Notes: generated by a model not told the origin, from the letters alone. Numbered from the stretch's first letter, positions 12,822-27,399 are shown. The stretch is DNA of 64,000 nt from Amoebidium appalachense (GCA_963693365.1 CAVNZM010000023.1:1-64000); one strand, 5' to 3'. Numbers and translations are program-made.

Positions 12822-13855
12822 AAAACCAAAACAAAAAAAAAAAACAGCATCACCACTGACGTCGACATGTTTTCTTTTGCATACTATTATGATATTATTG
12901 TGTCTGCGGTAAAGTCGCCCCTTTGTACATCAGCGGCCAAATAAAAACCATGCCCGCGAAACTTTGTTTGTGTCGATGCATAATGACCCGAACAGTTTTT
13001 GCCCCCCCCCCCCCCCCCTTCCGCTTCCTCCCCATGGCAATGAACCCGTAGTGTATACGTACTTCGTAATATGTAAAAGGTCTGACAGTGTGGCTTTAGC
13101 GGCCGTGGCCGTGTAGTAGGTACCAATAATAAGGGGTAGTCCCTCGTCTGTATTATGATGTACATATATCATGCATATGGGGCACATGATGTGTTTCTGG
13201 ATTGGCCGGAGGGAGCGGCCAATAAATTTTAAAGTGCAATGATCCCACGTTCTAACCCCTCCCCCCTCCCCCCCCCCCCTTTTCCCCATCCTCCCCCCCC
13301 CTCCCCCCCCCCCCCCCCCCCCCCCCGCCCTTGGACCTTCCCCCCCTCCCCATGGCGATGAACCCGTAGTGTATACGTACTTCGTAATATGTAACACCTT
13401 CCTAACCCCCCCCCCCTCCCCCCCCCCCCCCCCCCGGCCCCGGGGCCTACTCACATCCCCCTTTCCCCGGGGGCCACCTCCCGCCTTTGAATCCGGCCCC
13501 AAACCAATCACCCTGGGCCACAAGCAGGTGTCATGCAAGTGTACCAATACAAAAACACAAACATCATGCGGTTTGAGCCATACACAAACTGTGTTTTTTT
13601 TTTCAGCGTTAGAGAACGTGAATACAACCATGTACGTGCACGTGTCCCCGTGGGTTCGCACACAGACCCACGTTCAGACTCGGTCGGTACCATGGCACGC
13701 GCGCGCACACACACACTGCGCGCACACCCACCCACCCACCCACCCACACACACACACACACATGCACACGACGCACACACAAACACACACACAAGCATGT
13801 GCGCGCGCATACACACCACTCTATGCATAATAGAAACACAACTTTTTTTTTTTTT

Positions 13856-13886
<31 letters not shown>

Positions 13887-13943
13887 GGGGGGAGGGGGGG
13901 CATACACGCCACATACTATAGATAATAAGTAAAAGCCCACCTT

Positions 13944-13974
<31 letters not shown>

Positions 13975-14587
13975 GGGGGTATACACGCCACATACTATAG
14001 ATTATAAGTAAAAGCCCACCTTTTTTTTTTTGTGGGGGGGGGGGGGGGGGGGGGGGGGGAGGGGAAGGGGGGTTGACCATACCTCTCCTATCCATAGATC
14101 TCTATCCAGTATAATCCAGAGAGACGGGGGTTTGGGGGGTCCCACATGTATGCTTTTTTCTTGTTCATTGGCTGTGACACACCCTCCAATGAAACCCTTG
14201 AATTCCTCTTTTGCCCACCTCTTCAAAGTTTTCCCTTGATGATCACGTGCCAATTATGAGCACTTAAGCTTCTTGTGCTGTGAGTTTGTGGGGCGGTGGG
14301 GGGGGGGGGGGGGGGGGGGGGGGGGAAGACATGAACAGTGGGTGCGTGCGTTTGTGTTGTTGTAGTGTTGTGCTGCTTGTTTGTGATAGGAGGCCAGGGA
14401 GGCTAGAAGAGAAGCTGTTGCTAGTGGCACTCCGTGCGTGCGTGCGACCGTCCGTGCGTATGTGTGTGCGTGTACATGTGTGCGTGTGTGCGTGTGCCTC
14501 CATGTTCAACGTGTATCACATTCATGATGACTGACAATGTGTGTACGTGTGTGTACATGTGTGTGTGGTTTCGTGTCACGGTGCACG

Positions 14588-14620
<33 letters not shown>

Positions 14621-14699
14621 TTCCGGCCCCCCGGAGCCCCCTCTTCCCCGGCCCGGGGGCCCCTGTCCTGTGGGTCCTTGTCTTGGGCTGCGGGAGTTT

Positions 14700-14731
<32 letters not shown>

Positions 14732-15013
14732 GGGGGGGGGGCTGTTCGAAAATGTGTGCAATATACTATGTGTCTGTGACTGAGTACATTTGGATTTTGT
14801 GTTCGTTTGTCACTCGGTGTGTTTGTATGTGTGGCCATGGTGTGTCACCATGCACATGTGTGCGTGGGCACCTGTATACCACAATGTGTGTGTGTGTGTG
14901 TGACCAGAAAAAGAAAGAAAAGAAAAAGAAAGAAAGAAAGAAAAAGGAAAGAAAAAAGGAAAAAAGAAAAACTCACGTAGCCAAGAAATTTTTAAGCAAC
15001 CCTGCCAGGGCAA

Positions 15014-15046
<33 letters not shown>

Positions 15047-15461
15047 AAGATCTAGATAATCATGAACCCTACCTACGGCCGAGTCTCAGAAACCTAAGAT
15101 TTTAGACCCTAAGCCGTATTAAAGTTTACCTGTTATCTTCAAGTGACTGGTGAGTCAGACCCCTGTATGTGAATCCTACGGCCGACACCCTAAGTAAGAT
15201 TGCAGACCCCCTTACGCAAGGTACCCTCGATCTACCAGTTATCTGAAAAGCGAGTCACCCCTCTATGTACTGAGTATTGCAAGAAAAGTCTCAGAAAGCG
15301 CAACTTGAACTACTATCAACCCTTAATAATCAAAGTTTAACCGTAGCCGCGCCGCGGTCACCCAGGTTCCGTATCCAAGTGGCTTTGCATCATCAAGTCA
15401 GAGTCTCAGCAAAGAAAGGAATCTATTCACACCATGTCCAACAATTAGAGCGGCTCAGAGC

Positions 15462-15492
<31 letters not shown>

Positions 15493-15600
15493 CACACACA
15501 CACCCTCATTCCCTTGCGTCGGACATGTGCACGGTGTTGTGTTGTGGCACAATCATGGTGTGTGTACATGTTTGTGTACAGGTTTGTGTACATGTTTGTG

Positions 15601-15631
<31 letters not shown>

Positions 15632-15840
15632 CACGTGTACTTGTACGTGTAGGTGGCCGGTAGGCTCCAGGCCGTTGTCCGTGACTTCAGGCTTGACACG
15701 CAAGGCATACGGTTTATCTTTGCACCTGTACATGCACTTACTTGACTTTGCACTGTTACACCGCTTAAAATGGCCGGGAGATAGTATTTCAAGGAAAGGG
15801 ATTCCAGGAAAGAAAAGAAAACGAGTATAGACAGCCATTC
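2922..15840 (-). CDS. Possible intron-rich host gene (unidentified), scattered candidate exons
   Basis: AG/GT-bounded, non-repetitive blocks occur at about 2922-3400, 9644-9793, 9857-9930, 10263-10343, 11697-11785, 12695-12760 and 15648-15800. The first contains a 51-bp/17-aa Pro-rich repeat and ends at a GTAAGT donor at 2921. No recognisable domain; exon phases not fully resolved. Confidence 0.25.
3050..3320 (-). repeat. 51-bp tandem repeat encoding EQMAHYTTYAPVPAPPA (about 5 copies)
   Basis: Period is 51 nt (GCACGGGGGCGTAG at 3051, 3102, ...), in frame in ORF 2752..3372. Confidence 0.85.
5095..5640 (-). pseudogene. Tyrosine recombinase C-terminal half fused to the stub of the RT ORF
   Basis: YR motifs SKTD, HSLRIGGAT and GRWSSDCFLIYTR. 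The frame stays open upstream as LRELLASYPDQSFTAQLLHDVEFG, resembling the N-terminus of DIRS/Ngaro RT ORFs. Confidence 0.85.
7275..7347 (-). tRNA. tRNA-like sequence (pseudo-tRNA, anticodon position GGA) in 3' LTR
   Basis: 73-nt cloverleaf: acceptor GATCTCG/CGGGATC, D arm GCTC-AGTTGGTA-GAGC, T arm GCGGG-TTCAAAT-CCCGT. It has C at position 33, one anticodon-stem mismatch and a short variable loop. A T5 run follows 2 nt downstream. Confidence 0.75.
7645..7717 (-). tRNA. tRNA-like sequence (second copy) in 5' LTR
   Basis: Identical to 7275-7347, offset 370 bp. Confidence 0.75.
8525..9237. repeat. Tandem duplication of ~350-bp AT-rich unit
   Basis: 8525-8870 is similar to 8871-9237 (CGTCTAAATATAA...CATGGGAAGATGAC). 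Confidence 0.8.
11086..14417. repeat. Nested inverted repeats
   Basis: About 12168-12350 is the reverse complement of about 14066-14254, and about 11086-11200 is the reverse complement of about 14300-14417. Confidence 0.8.
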
Positions 15841-16034
15841 ACCTATATCACTCTTAGACCCTTTACACTGATGAGGGACTGGTGGGGCCGACTCCCGGCA
15901 TTCTATGAGTGACCTTGTCCTTTTACTTTTATGATGCCGTTACATATAAATACAAACACAAACACAAATCTCCAAAGTCCGACACACATCATAAACACCC
16001 GAGGAGGGAGAAGACTGTGCTATATTGTGTCTGT

Positions 16035-16074
<40 letters not shown>

Positions 16075-16135
16075 CTGTGTGTGTGTGTGTGTGTGTGTGC
16101 ATGTGTTTCAACTAGTGGGGCGTCATGGTAGTGAA

Positions 16136-17867
16136 TTATGTGCGGTAATCAGCGTTGATTTTGACGTAATCATACGACAGGTCATGTGTCCAGTATGTGA
16201 GCGGCTCCGTCGATGCGTTCTCACCGAGGTTTAGGCGGAAGTCAATGTCCGTGTGCTCGAGAATCTTGGCCGCACTGTGGAATAAACGGGAATATGAGTG
16301 GAATAAACGGGAATATGAGTGCAAGACATGGGCACTTGAATGATAAGCACGGGCACGTGGATGGAATAGACCGGAGTGCGAGTTGAATGCACGGGAACAC
16401 CAGTGGAATATTCGGATTCATTAGTGAAATACACGGCAATGTGATTAGGATACACAGGAATACCAGTGGAATATGGCATTGTGAGTACTTAAGTGGAATA
16501 GACGGGCATGTGACCGGAATACACGAAAAGGTGACGGAATAAGTGGAATAATTAAGTCGCACATGGCTTCCTTCAAAGGTTTGAACGAAAGAGTCACTCA
16601 CACATTTCGGAATACTCGTTTGTTTCTGCATATTGTTCTACTTCCTTTGCAACGGCGTGAAATGCAAGATCATAGTAACCGCTCTAGAGCAAAGAGAAAC
16701 ACAGTTTGGGAAAACCGCTCTAGAGCAAAGACAAACAGCCCCCCGAACTGTGGGTATAGCCGTTAGGGACAAAAACAGACTGAGCTCTGAGCAGCAACTT
16801 CCGGCTAACCCCCCAATTTTCCAGCACGAATTTGGAATCAGTATGGTCAGTGGCCAGGCCAGGTTACACAACACGAAGCACACATCCACCACGGACAAGA
16901 CGAGATATTCTTGCCCCCCCCCCCCCCCCCCCCCCCCCACACACACACACAAAAAAAAAAAGAAAAAAAAGAGAGAGAAAAAGAAGAAGAAGAGGAGGAA
17001 GGAGGTCTTTTTTGGGGGGGAGAGGGAGGGCATACCGAGGCTCATCAATCTCATATGGGGCACCGTCCTTGAACAAGTGGAGAGAGTCAATCACCTTACC
17101 GTCCTTGGCTGGGGAGAAAAACAGGGTGAGAACAGGCACGCTACACACACCGTGACACACACACACATACACACAAACGCCCACGTGCATGCACACACAC
17201 ACACAAGTTGTCAAACGCACACACACACACACAAACATGCACACACACATACAGTTAACCCCGAGCCGATTGCCCGGAAGTCAAAATCTCTCAAACTTGA
17301 AAAATAGAAAAAAAATCATTTAACACAGTCTAAGTGGACAAAAATGCAACAAGCACATGTATATATGTCTATTCTTGTGTCCCATAAAAAGAAACGGCGT
17401 GTTCCTATGCATCCGCACGTGTTATGAACACGCGATTTGTGTTGAATTTGTCGACCACGGCGGGATTTCTTCCAAGAGAGTTACGTAATATGAATCCCCG
17501 TAAAGATCTCAGCAAATCGGATTGAAGCAATTATCAGGCGATTGATTCCAGGGTTGGAAACTGTGATTCCCGGGCATCCCCTTGCCGCCAGCCTTCGAAA
17601 ATTGGGGGGCCGCTCAATGAAAATATAGACACAGTTAGACTGAACACCCACGAGAAACAGAAGAACTTAGTCAACCCGGTGTTTTTGGTGTCTTCCGAAA
17701 GCAGAAAACATATACTCAATTAGGCAAACTCCTGGCGCCAATACTATTGCGCAACAGGCGCTATTGAATTCAAAGAGTCACTGATGCATATATTTTTGAA
17801 ACTCATGCAAAAGTGCATCGGCGATCGGCTCGGAGTTCACACACACACACAAGGAACTTAACACACA

Positions 17868-17909
<42 letters not shown>

Positions 17910-17918
17910 TACACCCAT

Positions 17919-17955
<37 letters not shown>

Positions 17956-18289
17956 CCGTGAGAACTGGCGCGCAGACGTTTACATACATGGGAGAGGGGG
18001 GGGAGGGGGAGGGGGTGTGTTAGAACGCGCTACAGTGTACGAAGTACACACACGGTCACGACGGACACCACAATGCATGGGCTGAGGGGGAGAGGTAGAG
18101 CCGGGGCAGGGCGCCCCAGGGGGAGGGAAGGGGCTGGAGGGGGGGGGGGGGGGGGAGGGGGGGGGGGGGGGGGGGGGCTGGCTGGGAAGGAACTCACCCG
18201 TGCTCATGTGCAGCTGAACTTTGCTGGGGTCAAACTCGGCACCACTGTAGCCCAGAGCACACACAATACGCCCCCAGTTGGCATCCCGG

Positions 18290-18337
<48 letters not shown>

Positions 18338-19285
18338 CGCACACGCGTGTGGGTGGTTTGTTTGTGTGTGGTATGGGTACGTGTGTGATGGATGGGTAGG
18401 GACTGGTGGTGGTGGTTGGGGGAGGTGGGAGGGGGCGGAGAGAGGGGGGGAATGCCCGAGGGGTGGATGGAGGGTAGAATGCTGCACACAGTGGCAAGCA
18501 TTAAACAACTAAATGATAACCGTAAGGCGAACATATATATATATAAAAGGGGCAGACACACGTAGTGTGAAAAGCCAGTAGAGTCCAGAAGGGGGAGGGG
18601 GGGGGGGGGGGGGGTTGAATGCAGAACACGGTACGAAGTATGCATACACGAAGAGAAGCATGGTGCAGGACACATGCCAAGGCAAACATCCAAGTATGCA
18701 ACATCAGCAATGTGCACAGTATGAATCATAAACAAAGCCCATCCTCAGGGAGGGCCCAAGTCATCAATTGCGTCTCAGTTTCGACCCTTTAGCCCCGCAT
18801 ATACACGACTCTCCAACTCAGACAGCAGCATCAACTGAACTTGGGAGGGTCAACCCGTCTTGATCAAAAGAGGAGCAGGGTTGCTTATGCAAGCAAGGGG
18901 AGCAAAAGGGTGAAGACGTGTGTGCAAACTAATGCAGCGAGAGAGCGAGAGAGCGAGAGAGCGAGAGAGAGAGAAGAGGGAAGAGAAGAATAAGGAGAAA
19001 GAGGGGATAAAGGCTGAAAAAAAAACAAGGGGGGAACCCCCCCCCCCCCCCCCTCCCCCCCCAGAAAGATAGGGGGAAGAAACACACACCGAAAATGGCG
19101 GTTTTAACGAGGCACGAAGTAGCAATGGCGGTGGCAGCCAGACGGGCCTGTTGGGAATTCTTAGCAGCCTCAATGGTGATAGTCACAAACTTGGTGGCAC
19201 CCTCCCCGTCACGGATCTGCAGTTGTGCCTGCGTGTGTGTGTATGTGTGTGTATAGACGTGTGTGTGTGTGTGTACGTGTACGTG

Positions 19286-19373
<88 letters not shown>

Positions 19374-19650
19374 AGACGGGGGTACGGTGGGGCGAAAGGG
19401 GTTGGTTTGGTTAGTATCGTGTCCACAAATGAAAAACCATGCACACAGACAGGCGCGAAGATACACCACGCACACACACACACAGGAACGATCGGATGTG
19501 CACCTACCACAGGCGCGTGCACACACACCCACACACTCACCCACCACACACATACACACAATCACCCACACTCCGACCACACCCCCACCCACTCACACCA
19601 ACCCAACTCCCCCCCCCCCCCCCCCCCCCCCCAAAGACACACACACACAG

Positions 19651-19686
<36 letters not shown>

Positions 19687-20150
19687 TCAAAGACACACAC
19701 ACAACAGCCCCTACTCCCAACCCCACCCCCATCTACCCAACCCCATCCTCCCCTCCCCCCCACACACGCACACACAGACCCCCCCCAGCCCCACCCACAA
19801 CCCCCCAACACATTCACTTTTACACACGCACAACACACACACACACACACACACGGAGAGAGAGAGACACACCAGTTTCTGTGCCGTGGTGGTGATCTCC
19901 TTCATGAGCGCCTGGAAGGCGGGGTCGTTGGGGTCGCTGATCTGCCGGCTGCCTGACGCACCATTGGCCAGAATCTACCAATCAAACGCAAGTGTCAAAA
20001 TCTAACAATCAAAAACCACTGTTATACTCATTACAGCGGGACATGCAACTCGTACACATTTCCCACATGCAATCCTGCATCATGGACGTAATGATCGCAG
20101 GCTTTAGAAACACACGCCTCCCAGGGTCTTCCACTATCATAATACACACA

Positions 20151-20190
<40 letters not shown>

Positions 20191-20524
20191 ACACACGCGC
20201 ACGTCAAAGTATAAGTATGAGTACTTAGCCTAGCCTCTATTCATACCACCACGCTACCAGCCTTGCATTTTAAGATACATAACATCGGAAAAGAGACCGA
20301 AGGAAGAAGGAGGGAGGGCATAAGATTGTGCTACGGGGAACGAAGTACGCATTCACGATGGGACAACACATTGCAGATTTTGCAAAGTAAAACACACAAG
20401 GTAAACATAAAAAGCAGAGCCACTTCCTAGGGCCGGGGCAAAGTCATCCAAACAATTGAGTTTGCTGCTAGGGGTGGGTGGGTGGATGGGTGGATGGTGG
20501 TGGTGGTGATAGCAGGAGGGGAGA

Positions 20525-20575
<51 letters not shown>

Positions 20576-20733
20576 GGGGGGGGGGGGGGGGGGGGGGGGG
20601 TGACGGCGTAAACGTACCACGAACGAGTCGTTCGTGCTGGTGTCACCATCCACAGAAATGCAGTTGAAGGACCGGTCGGCAGAATAGCGCACAGCCTGTG
20701 TGTATGTGTGTGGGTGGGTGTGGGTGGGTGGGT

Positions 20734-20794
<61 letters not shown>

Positions 20795-20845
20795 GTTGTG
20801 TTGTGTTGTGTTGTGTTGTGTTGTGTTGTGTTGTATTGTGTTGGG

Positions 20846-20880
<35 letters not shown>

Positions 20881-21023
20881 TGTGTCCGTGTGCGCGTGAG
20901 TGAGAGAACGAGTGTCTTTGTATCTTTTTGCGCACACATGTGCGAGTGTGTATGTTCAAGTGTCAGAGCCCTTCGTATAGGTACACGCTCACACTCATGT
21001 GTTTGTGCCTTTTAACGTGCTCG

Positions 21024-21061
<38 letters not shown>

Positions 21062-21092
21062 TGAACGAGAGAGAGAGAGAGACAGGGAAAGA

Positions 21093-21170
<78 letters not shown>

Positions 21171-21909
21171 ATATATATATATATATATATGGAGAGAAAA
21201 GAGAGTGTATTTGTTGTCAAGTGCCACCAGGGTTGTGTGTGTGTGTGTGTGTGCGCGCGCCCCACACGTGTGTGCACGTTTTCATTACAGTGTGTGTGTA
21301 TGTGTGTGTGGAGCGCCGGGAGGAAGGGGGGGGGGGGGGGGGGGGGGGGGGGGGAGTATTTTTGTTACCTGGTTCAAAAGGTTGGGGTGGATGTTGGCAT
21401 CGGTGGCCATCACACACAGCATCGTGGCCTGCAACCAGAAAGGGTTAAAGGGGAATTGTTTGACCGAGATCTTTCTTTTTCTTTTTCTTCTTTTTTCTTT
21501 TTTTCTTGGTCATTCTGAGGCAAGTTTTTCTTGTGGAGAGGTTGACAGGCAGTACAAGGCTGGTCGTGTTAGTGAAGGAAGGTGTCCATGTGTGTGTGTG
21601 CCGGGAGAAAGACGTTGGCTCGGGTGGGGTGGGGTGGGGGGATGGGAGGAGAGGGGTAAGGGGGGGGATTTGTAGGAATCAAGAGCTCTATGAAAGAAAA
21701 AGAGGAAGGAGGGCCACGAGGAGCTATCCGTATGTACAGAGACGGGGAGCATGCAGCAAGCATGTGTGTTGCGCTTATGTGGGTGTGGTTGCTCGGGGGG
21801 TGGGGAAGGGGTGGGGTACGGCCCGGGGGGAGGGGGGGGAATCATATGCAAGAGCAAGAATAACGGAGAGCGCGCGCAAACGCGCAAGCGCGCGCACACA
21901 CACACACAC

Positions 21910-21958
<49 letters not shown>

Positions 21959-23765
21959 GACACCATTTATCTGAAGCACACACAAAATGACACCCAGCCA
22001 ATCAAAGATGAGCCATATTTGAGTACAGTGTTTTCCACCGTCCCACAACATGCACACCTAGCCAGCCTAAACCATAATTAAGGTTGGGCACAGTTCACAA
22101 TATGTCATGCATTAAAGGAACTATAGACCTCTCCGTGAGCCACCGACTGGATTAAAACTTCGCCAAACTTTTTCAATATACCATATGGATCCGGCCTTAT
22201 CCATCGATTATGGCGGTGTTAATACACACTAAGCCTAGACATCCTTAGCGCAGAATACGCAGCATGAAAAAAGGCGTTTTTTGACACCATTCGTTGCCTA
22301 GCACGACGCGACACCGGAAACTTCTTATAAGTAGAACTCTATTCAACCAGCTCAACTTAGCCGCCACAAATAAGAAAATTTTGGTTCACCAATCTGATCG
22401 AGCGAAGGTCAAATGCTGCAGGCTGCAACGCCGCCGCCAAAGGGGAGAAAAACATGGTTGTACTAAGTAAACCTTTGCAACTTAGCGTCTCGCTTAGGAA
22501 TAAATGGTACCAATTGACGCGTATTATTCTCCTGGGTTGTTTGTGAGTTTTTGGTTAGGTTCTGTCAACTTTAAAGCCTAGAAAATCGAAGAAAACCACC
22601 AGCAACATGGTAAATTTTGGTCGTCGCTGACGAAGATATAATCCCGTGTGATTTCAGCCGGCCGACCGTGGAGAGGTCTATTGATGCAAACTATAAGAAG
22701 TAAAGTTATGAGCCAGAAAAAGCACCTGCCATAAAAAGCAGGACCTACCATATTTGGGTGGATCATGCCCACGCCCTTAGTGATACCGGTGAGGGTGATC
22801 TCCTCCTTCACCCCGGGCAGCTCCACAGACCGCGTCAGCAGCTTGTGCTGCATACCATTCCCAAATTAGGTTATCAACCGACCCAAGTGGTTTGTGAATA
22901 TGCTCCTAAGTCGTGCTACCAACTAACCATTGTGGTTGGTGAAAAAACTAGTCACAATCTTGCTATTCCTCTCCTCCGCATAGCACACATCTTGTATCCG
23001 ACACGACCCCCTCCCCCCTTCCCCGCCCAAAAAAAAAACCCCACCTTCTTTCGTTCCACATACCCATGGCCGTTACCAGCCCCCCCCCCCCCCCCCCCCC
23101 CCCCCTCTCCCCCCCCACCACAATAGCAGGCCCCCCGTCCCCTCAACTACACCCATCGTTCCTTTTCTCCCCCCCCCCCCACACCACCACCACCACACAA
23201 GCATAGACGTATATAAGCTTACAGACCATACTACTTTCGTTCCCTCCCCTCCCCCGCCCCACACCCCCCACACACACACAAACACAGAAAAAGTATATAA
23301 CTATCCTCTCCTTCTCTTTTCTTCCACCTTTCCGCCACCTTCCTTGCCCCCCCCCCCCCCCCCCCCCCTACACACACACTCCCTCCCCGTCCTCCTTCCT
23401 GGCACACACCCCTTCCCCCTCCCTTCCCCCCTCCCCACCCACACACACACACATTTCCACTCCCCTTACCCCCCAACAGACACACACCCTCCCTCTAACC
23501 CCCCTTCCCCCCCCCCCCAATCCCCCCCCCCCCCCCCACACACACACACGTACCACCGTGTCTGTGGTCATGATGCCCTTTGCTGCGTGGGTCCACCCCT
23601 CATAGCTCTCAGAAAGGCTGCCGGCAGCAGTCTTGATCCCTGCACAAAGCATCAACACCAACAAAAAAAGTCAGCAATAACCAATATATATTCCAGTCGG
23701 AATGTGAATAACCTGTCGGTGTTTCTTGATGGCACACCATGTATGGTGATATTGAAAAAGACGAC

Positions 23766-23818
<53 letters not shown>

Positions 23819-24432
23819 GTAGGCATAAAAACAGTCGTTGTGCTTAGTGACATCGACGGCGAAATCAGTGGCGTGGTTGGTGACGTCAATACAATACGTT
23901 TCCATTTCCATCCATCTACTCTATATATAGCTCAATGACCAACCGACGGGCAACTAAAGAAAACAGATTAAATAGAATCGGCTCCAATCGATCTGGAGCA
24001 AATCGGGTCCGAGCCGGGTCGAGTCGAGGCAACCACACGTACCGTTTGCAATTTTTATCCATGGGCGGGTGCTGGCCAATCACGCCCGTGGACATAAGTG
24101 TGAGATCTCCTAAATGTTTCTATAGCAATCTATCTATTTCTATGAAATCTATTTTGCGTCCAACCGACACATAACTACATTCATGGAGACACCGACCAAA
24201 CCGACTCGGGTCGGGTCAGGTCGGGCCAGACCACACACGTACCGTTTGCGATCTTATCCATGGGTAGGTGCTGGCCAATCACACCCGTTGACATGACCAG
24301 TGTGCTCAGGCCCTTAACCAATCCGTAGTCAGAACCCAACTGGGCCATCTGACGAGCATTCTCCAGCCCCTGCTCACCAGTGCAGGCGTTGGCACAGCCG
24401 CTGCATGTGTATACGTGTGTGCACGTGTGTGT

Positions 24433-24463
<31 letters not shown>

Positions 24464-25105
24464 GGGGAGATACGTATGTGTGCGTGTGTGGGCAGGGGGG
24501 GGGGAGGGGTACGTGTGTGTGGGTGGATGGGTGTACGTGTGCACATGTGTATACATGTGTGTGCGTGTATGTGTGTGTTTGTGTGTGTGCATATGTGTGT
24601 GGAGGGAAATGGAAGAAGGGGAGGTGAGCTGGGAAGGATAAGGTGTTTGGGGGGGGGGGGGAGGAGGGATATGTGTGAAAGGGTCAACGAATGCATGAGT
24701 GTGATAGTGTGTGGTTGAAACGGATAAGAGAGGGAGTGAAAAGGGCAGAAGGAGGATATTTCTATATGTATGTGTGTATGTGTGGGTGGGTAGGCCCCGG
24801 GGAAGGGGGGGGGGGGGGGGGTGATTAAGAGTACAAGTATGGCTATGATCTGAAAAAGGAAGAGGAAAAAAACCAGTGGTTTTTGTGCGGTAGGGAGCGG
24901 TGAACAGAGAAAGAGTCGGAATGGCAGAAAGGGGGTAGGGTGTGAAGTGGAGTCGACTAGGGTTGGGGTGGACTGTGGCTGGAGACGAGAGGGGGAGGGC
25001 CACGGAAACAAAATGGATGCAGAGATGATGAAGTATGAGGGGACGGGGGGAGGGGGGGGGGGGGGGGGGGGGGATGTGTGGAGGGTTTGTATGTGTTTGT
25101 GTGTA

Positions 25106-25144
<39 letters not shown>

Positions 25145-25169
25145 CACTGTGTGTGTGTGTGTGTGTGAC

Positions 25170-25236
<67 letters not shown>

Positions 25237-25406
25237 CACTGTGTGTGTGTGGGGTGGGGTTGGGGGGAGTGTGGGGGGGGAGGGAGCAGATTGCGGGCGG
25301 CAGGTGATGTGTATGAAAGGTATGTGTGGGTGGTGGCAATACTAGAGCCATGGTGGTGGTGGTTCAGGGGGGGGGGGGGGGGGGGGGGGGAGGGGGAGGG
25401 GGGGAA

Positions 25407-25438
<32 letters not shown>

Positions 25439-25784
25439 GAGGGGGGAAGCACCTATTGACAACAACATTTCCAATGCCGTTATTTCCGTGGGCCTGGAGG
25501 TTGGCCCGGGAAATAATCACGGGGGCAGCCGTGAAGCGGTTCTAAGGTGTGTGTGTGCTTATTAGAGAGGCGCGGAAAACCGGCATGCAGAATTATTTTT
25601 GTCAATGATGAAAGGAGGAATGAATAACGGGCCTGGCTATATCCGAAGAAGGTCAGGAGGAACAAGGCCGGGGGGAGGGGGCAAAGGGGGGGGGGGGGGG
25701 GGGGGGACGACAGAGTGATGACGAAAAAGGTAAGTTAAGAAAAAAAGAGATGACGAGGGACCGGTCGTTGTTGTGGATGGGTCC

Positions 25785-25830
<46 letters not shown>

Positions 25831-26018
25831 GGAAGGGGGGGAGGGGGGAACATACACACGGAGAGAAAACTCTGTTCGGAGCCAAAAAGGAAGGTGTGGG
25901 AGGGGTATGGCACCATCGTGACCGAAAATGGAAATTTAACTTCTGCTTCTACACACGAGAGCGCGTGTGCGCACGCGCACACACACACACACACAGACAC
26001 ACACAGACACACACAGAC

Positions 26019-26069
<51 letters not shown>

Positions 26070-26202
26070 GTGTAAACACGCCAGCAGCGTTGCACGGGCG
26101 ATCACTCGAGATGAAGGCCACATCGAGTCCGCCCCTCTTCTTGATGAAGGTTTCCGCAGCTGCAGCCCGGAACCCACGGGCAACCTTCGTGGTAGCTGCC
26201 AT
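16136..26202 (-). CDS. argJ: Arginine biosynthesis bifunctional protein ArgJ / ornithine acetyltransferase (12 exons, ~416 aa)
   Basis: Phase-consistent GT-AG exons: 26202-26068, 25541-25453, 24400-24243, 23639-23554, 22847-22749, 21428-21369, 20695-20618, 19974-19873, 19228-19090, 18290-18198, 17108-17036, 16274-16136. Motifs: [85 protein letters not shown]. An extra 5' exon is possible. Confidence 0.95.
24010..24095 (-). pseudogene. Degenerate duplicate of the 3' end of argJ exon 3 plus donor site
   Basis: Copy of about 24210-24295 ([17 protein letters not shown]|gtacgt) with substitutions and a 1-nt insertion. Confidence 0.75.
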
Positions 26203-27399
26203 TTTCTGCAATGCAATGTGCTTTTTAACTCTTGCTGGTTCTCATGAGTGATGGCCTCTTTACCCCTCCTCCCCCCGCTCTCCTCCTCCTCAAACTCCCC
26301 CCCTCTCCCCTCCCTCCTTCCCCTCCCACTCCCTATGCCAACACCACCACCACCACTACCACACACGCACACACACACACACATAGCCACTCTTCCCAAC
26401 CCTACCCCCTTCCCTACCAACCCACCACCCATACTCCCCTTATCCCCTCCTCCCTCCCCCCCTCCTCCTCGGGCTCTCTTCCAACCCACCCTTGTTCCCT
26501 TGACCGGGTCTCTTTTTCCTATATCATCTACCTATCATCATCTGGATTCATGGTGCTCCATCTGTCGACGTTAAGACAGAGCACTCTGCTATTGGTAGCT
26601 TTCACTACAGCTTCTCCTAAATAGTCCAACAACTCGTGGCTATCCGTCAATGGCCGGCTTTTTTTTGTTCTGACCACCTTCTGTGAGCTCCCTCCCCAAA
26701 ACCCCTTCCCGGGTTGCTGATAAACTACACGGAGCTCTCAGCAAAAAAAAATTATAAAATTTATTAATTGAGCTTCAGAATCTCTTGCATATGTGTGTTG
26801 CAGTCTGAATTTGCGTATGCCATAGAATAAGGGAAGTCATGTTAGCTAACCTTTAGATGTTGGGTCCGCGAAGCAAACAAGCGAAAGAGACGACAGACCG
26901 ATCATGAAGCATGGATACCTGACTGTCTTTGTTTATATACTGTGAGCAAATCGGATGTAGCCGGCAATATCACAAAGCCTTTACTATACGTTAAATCCCT
27001 ATGGCGTTTGCTCAAGCATTCGATAAAAGTTAAATTACATTGTAGTTTTATCTTTAGCAGAAATCACGAAATATCTATGTAAGACCTAAAGATCGAGGTT
27101 TTACATATTCCTATTGGTTGTTCTACCTTTTCTGGCTTCCGGTTCGTTGGTGATCATGTCTCAGTGTAACATCCGATAACGACGACGGATTTTATTGGGC
27201 ATTAGCGCGCCAAAACCGGTTTCCGCCAGGTCACTGAGTAAGTAAATACTTCGTTTGCACAGCTGAAGGAAGGGGGACAAAAAATAAAAGACAACAAAGC
27301 TGTAAAAGATACTGGCAGCCGAATGCGGGGCTCCCGTCTGCTAAAAAGGGGCCAGAGGCCATGCCCCTCTCGCAAAAAACGTTTTTATGCATGTGCTTG

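Noticed and set aside
22078-22574. Possible TTAA-flanked MITE in argJ intron
   Set aside because: The terminal match (TTAAGGTTG vs TTAAAGTTG) is too short to support without other copies.
26532-26680. Upstream coding exon (targeting peptide) for argJ
   Set aside because: It has splice-like borders, but the protein-like frame is out of phase with the next exon; it may be UTR.
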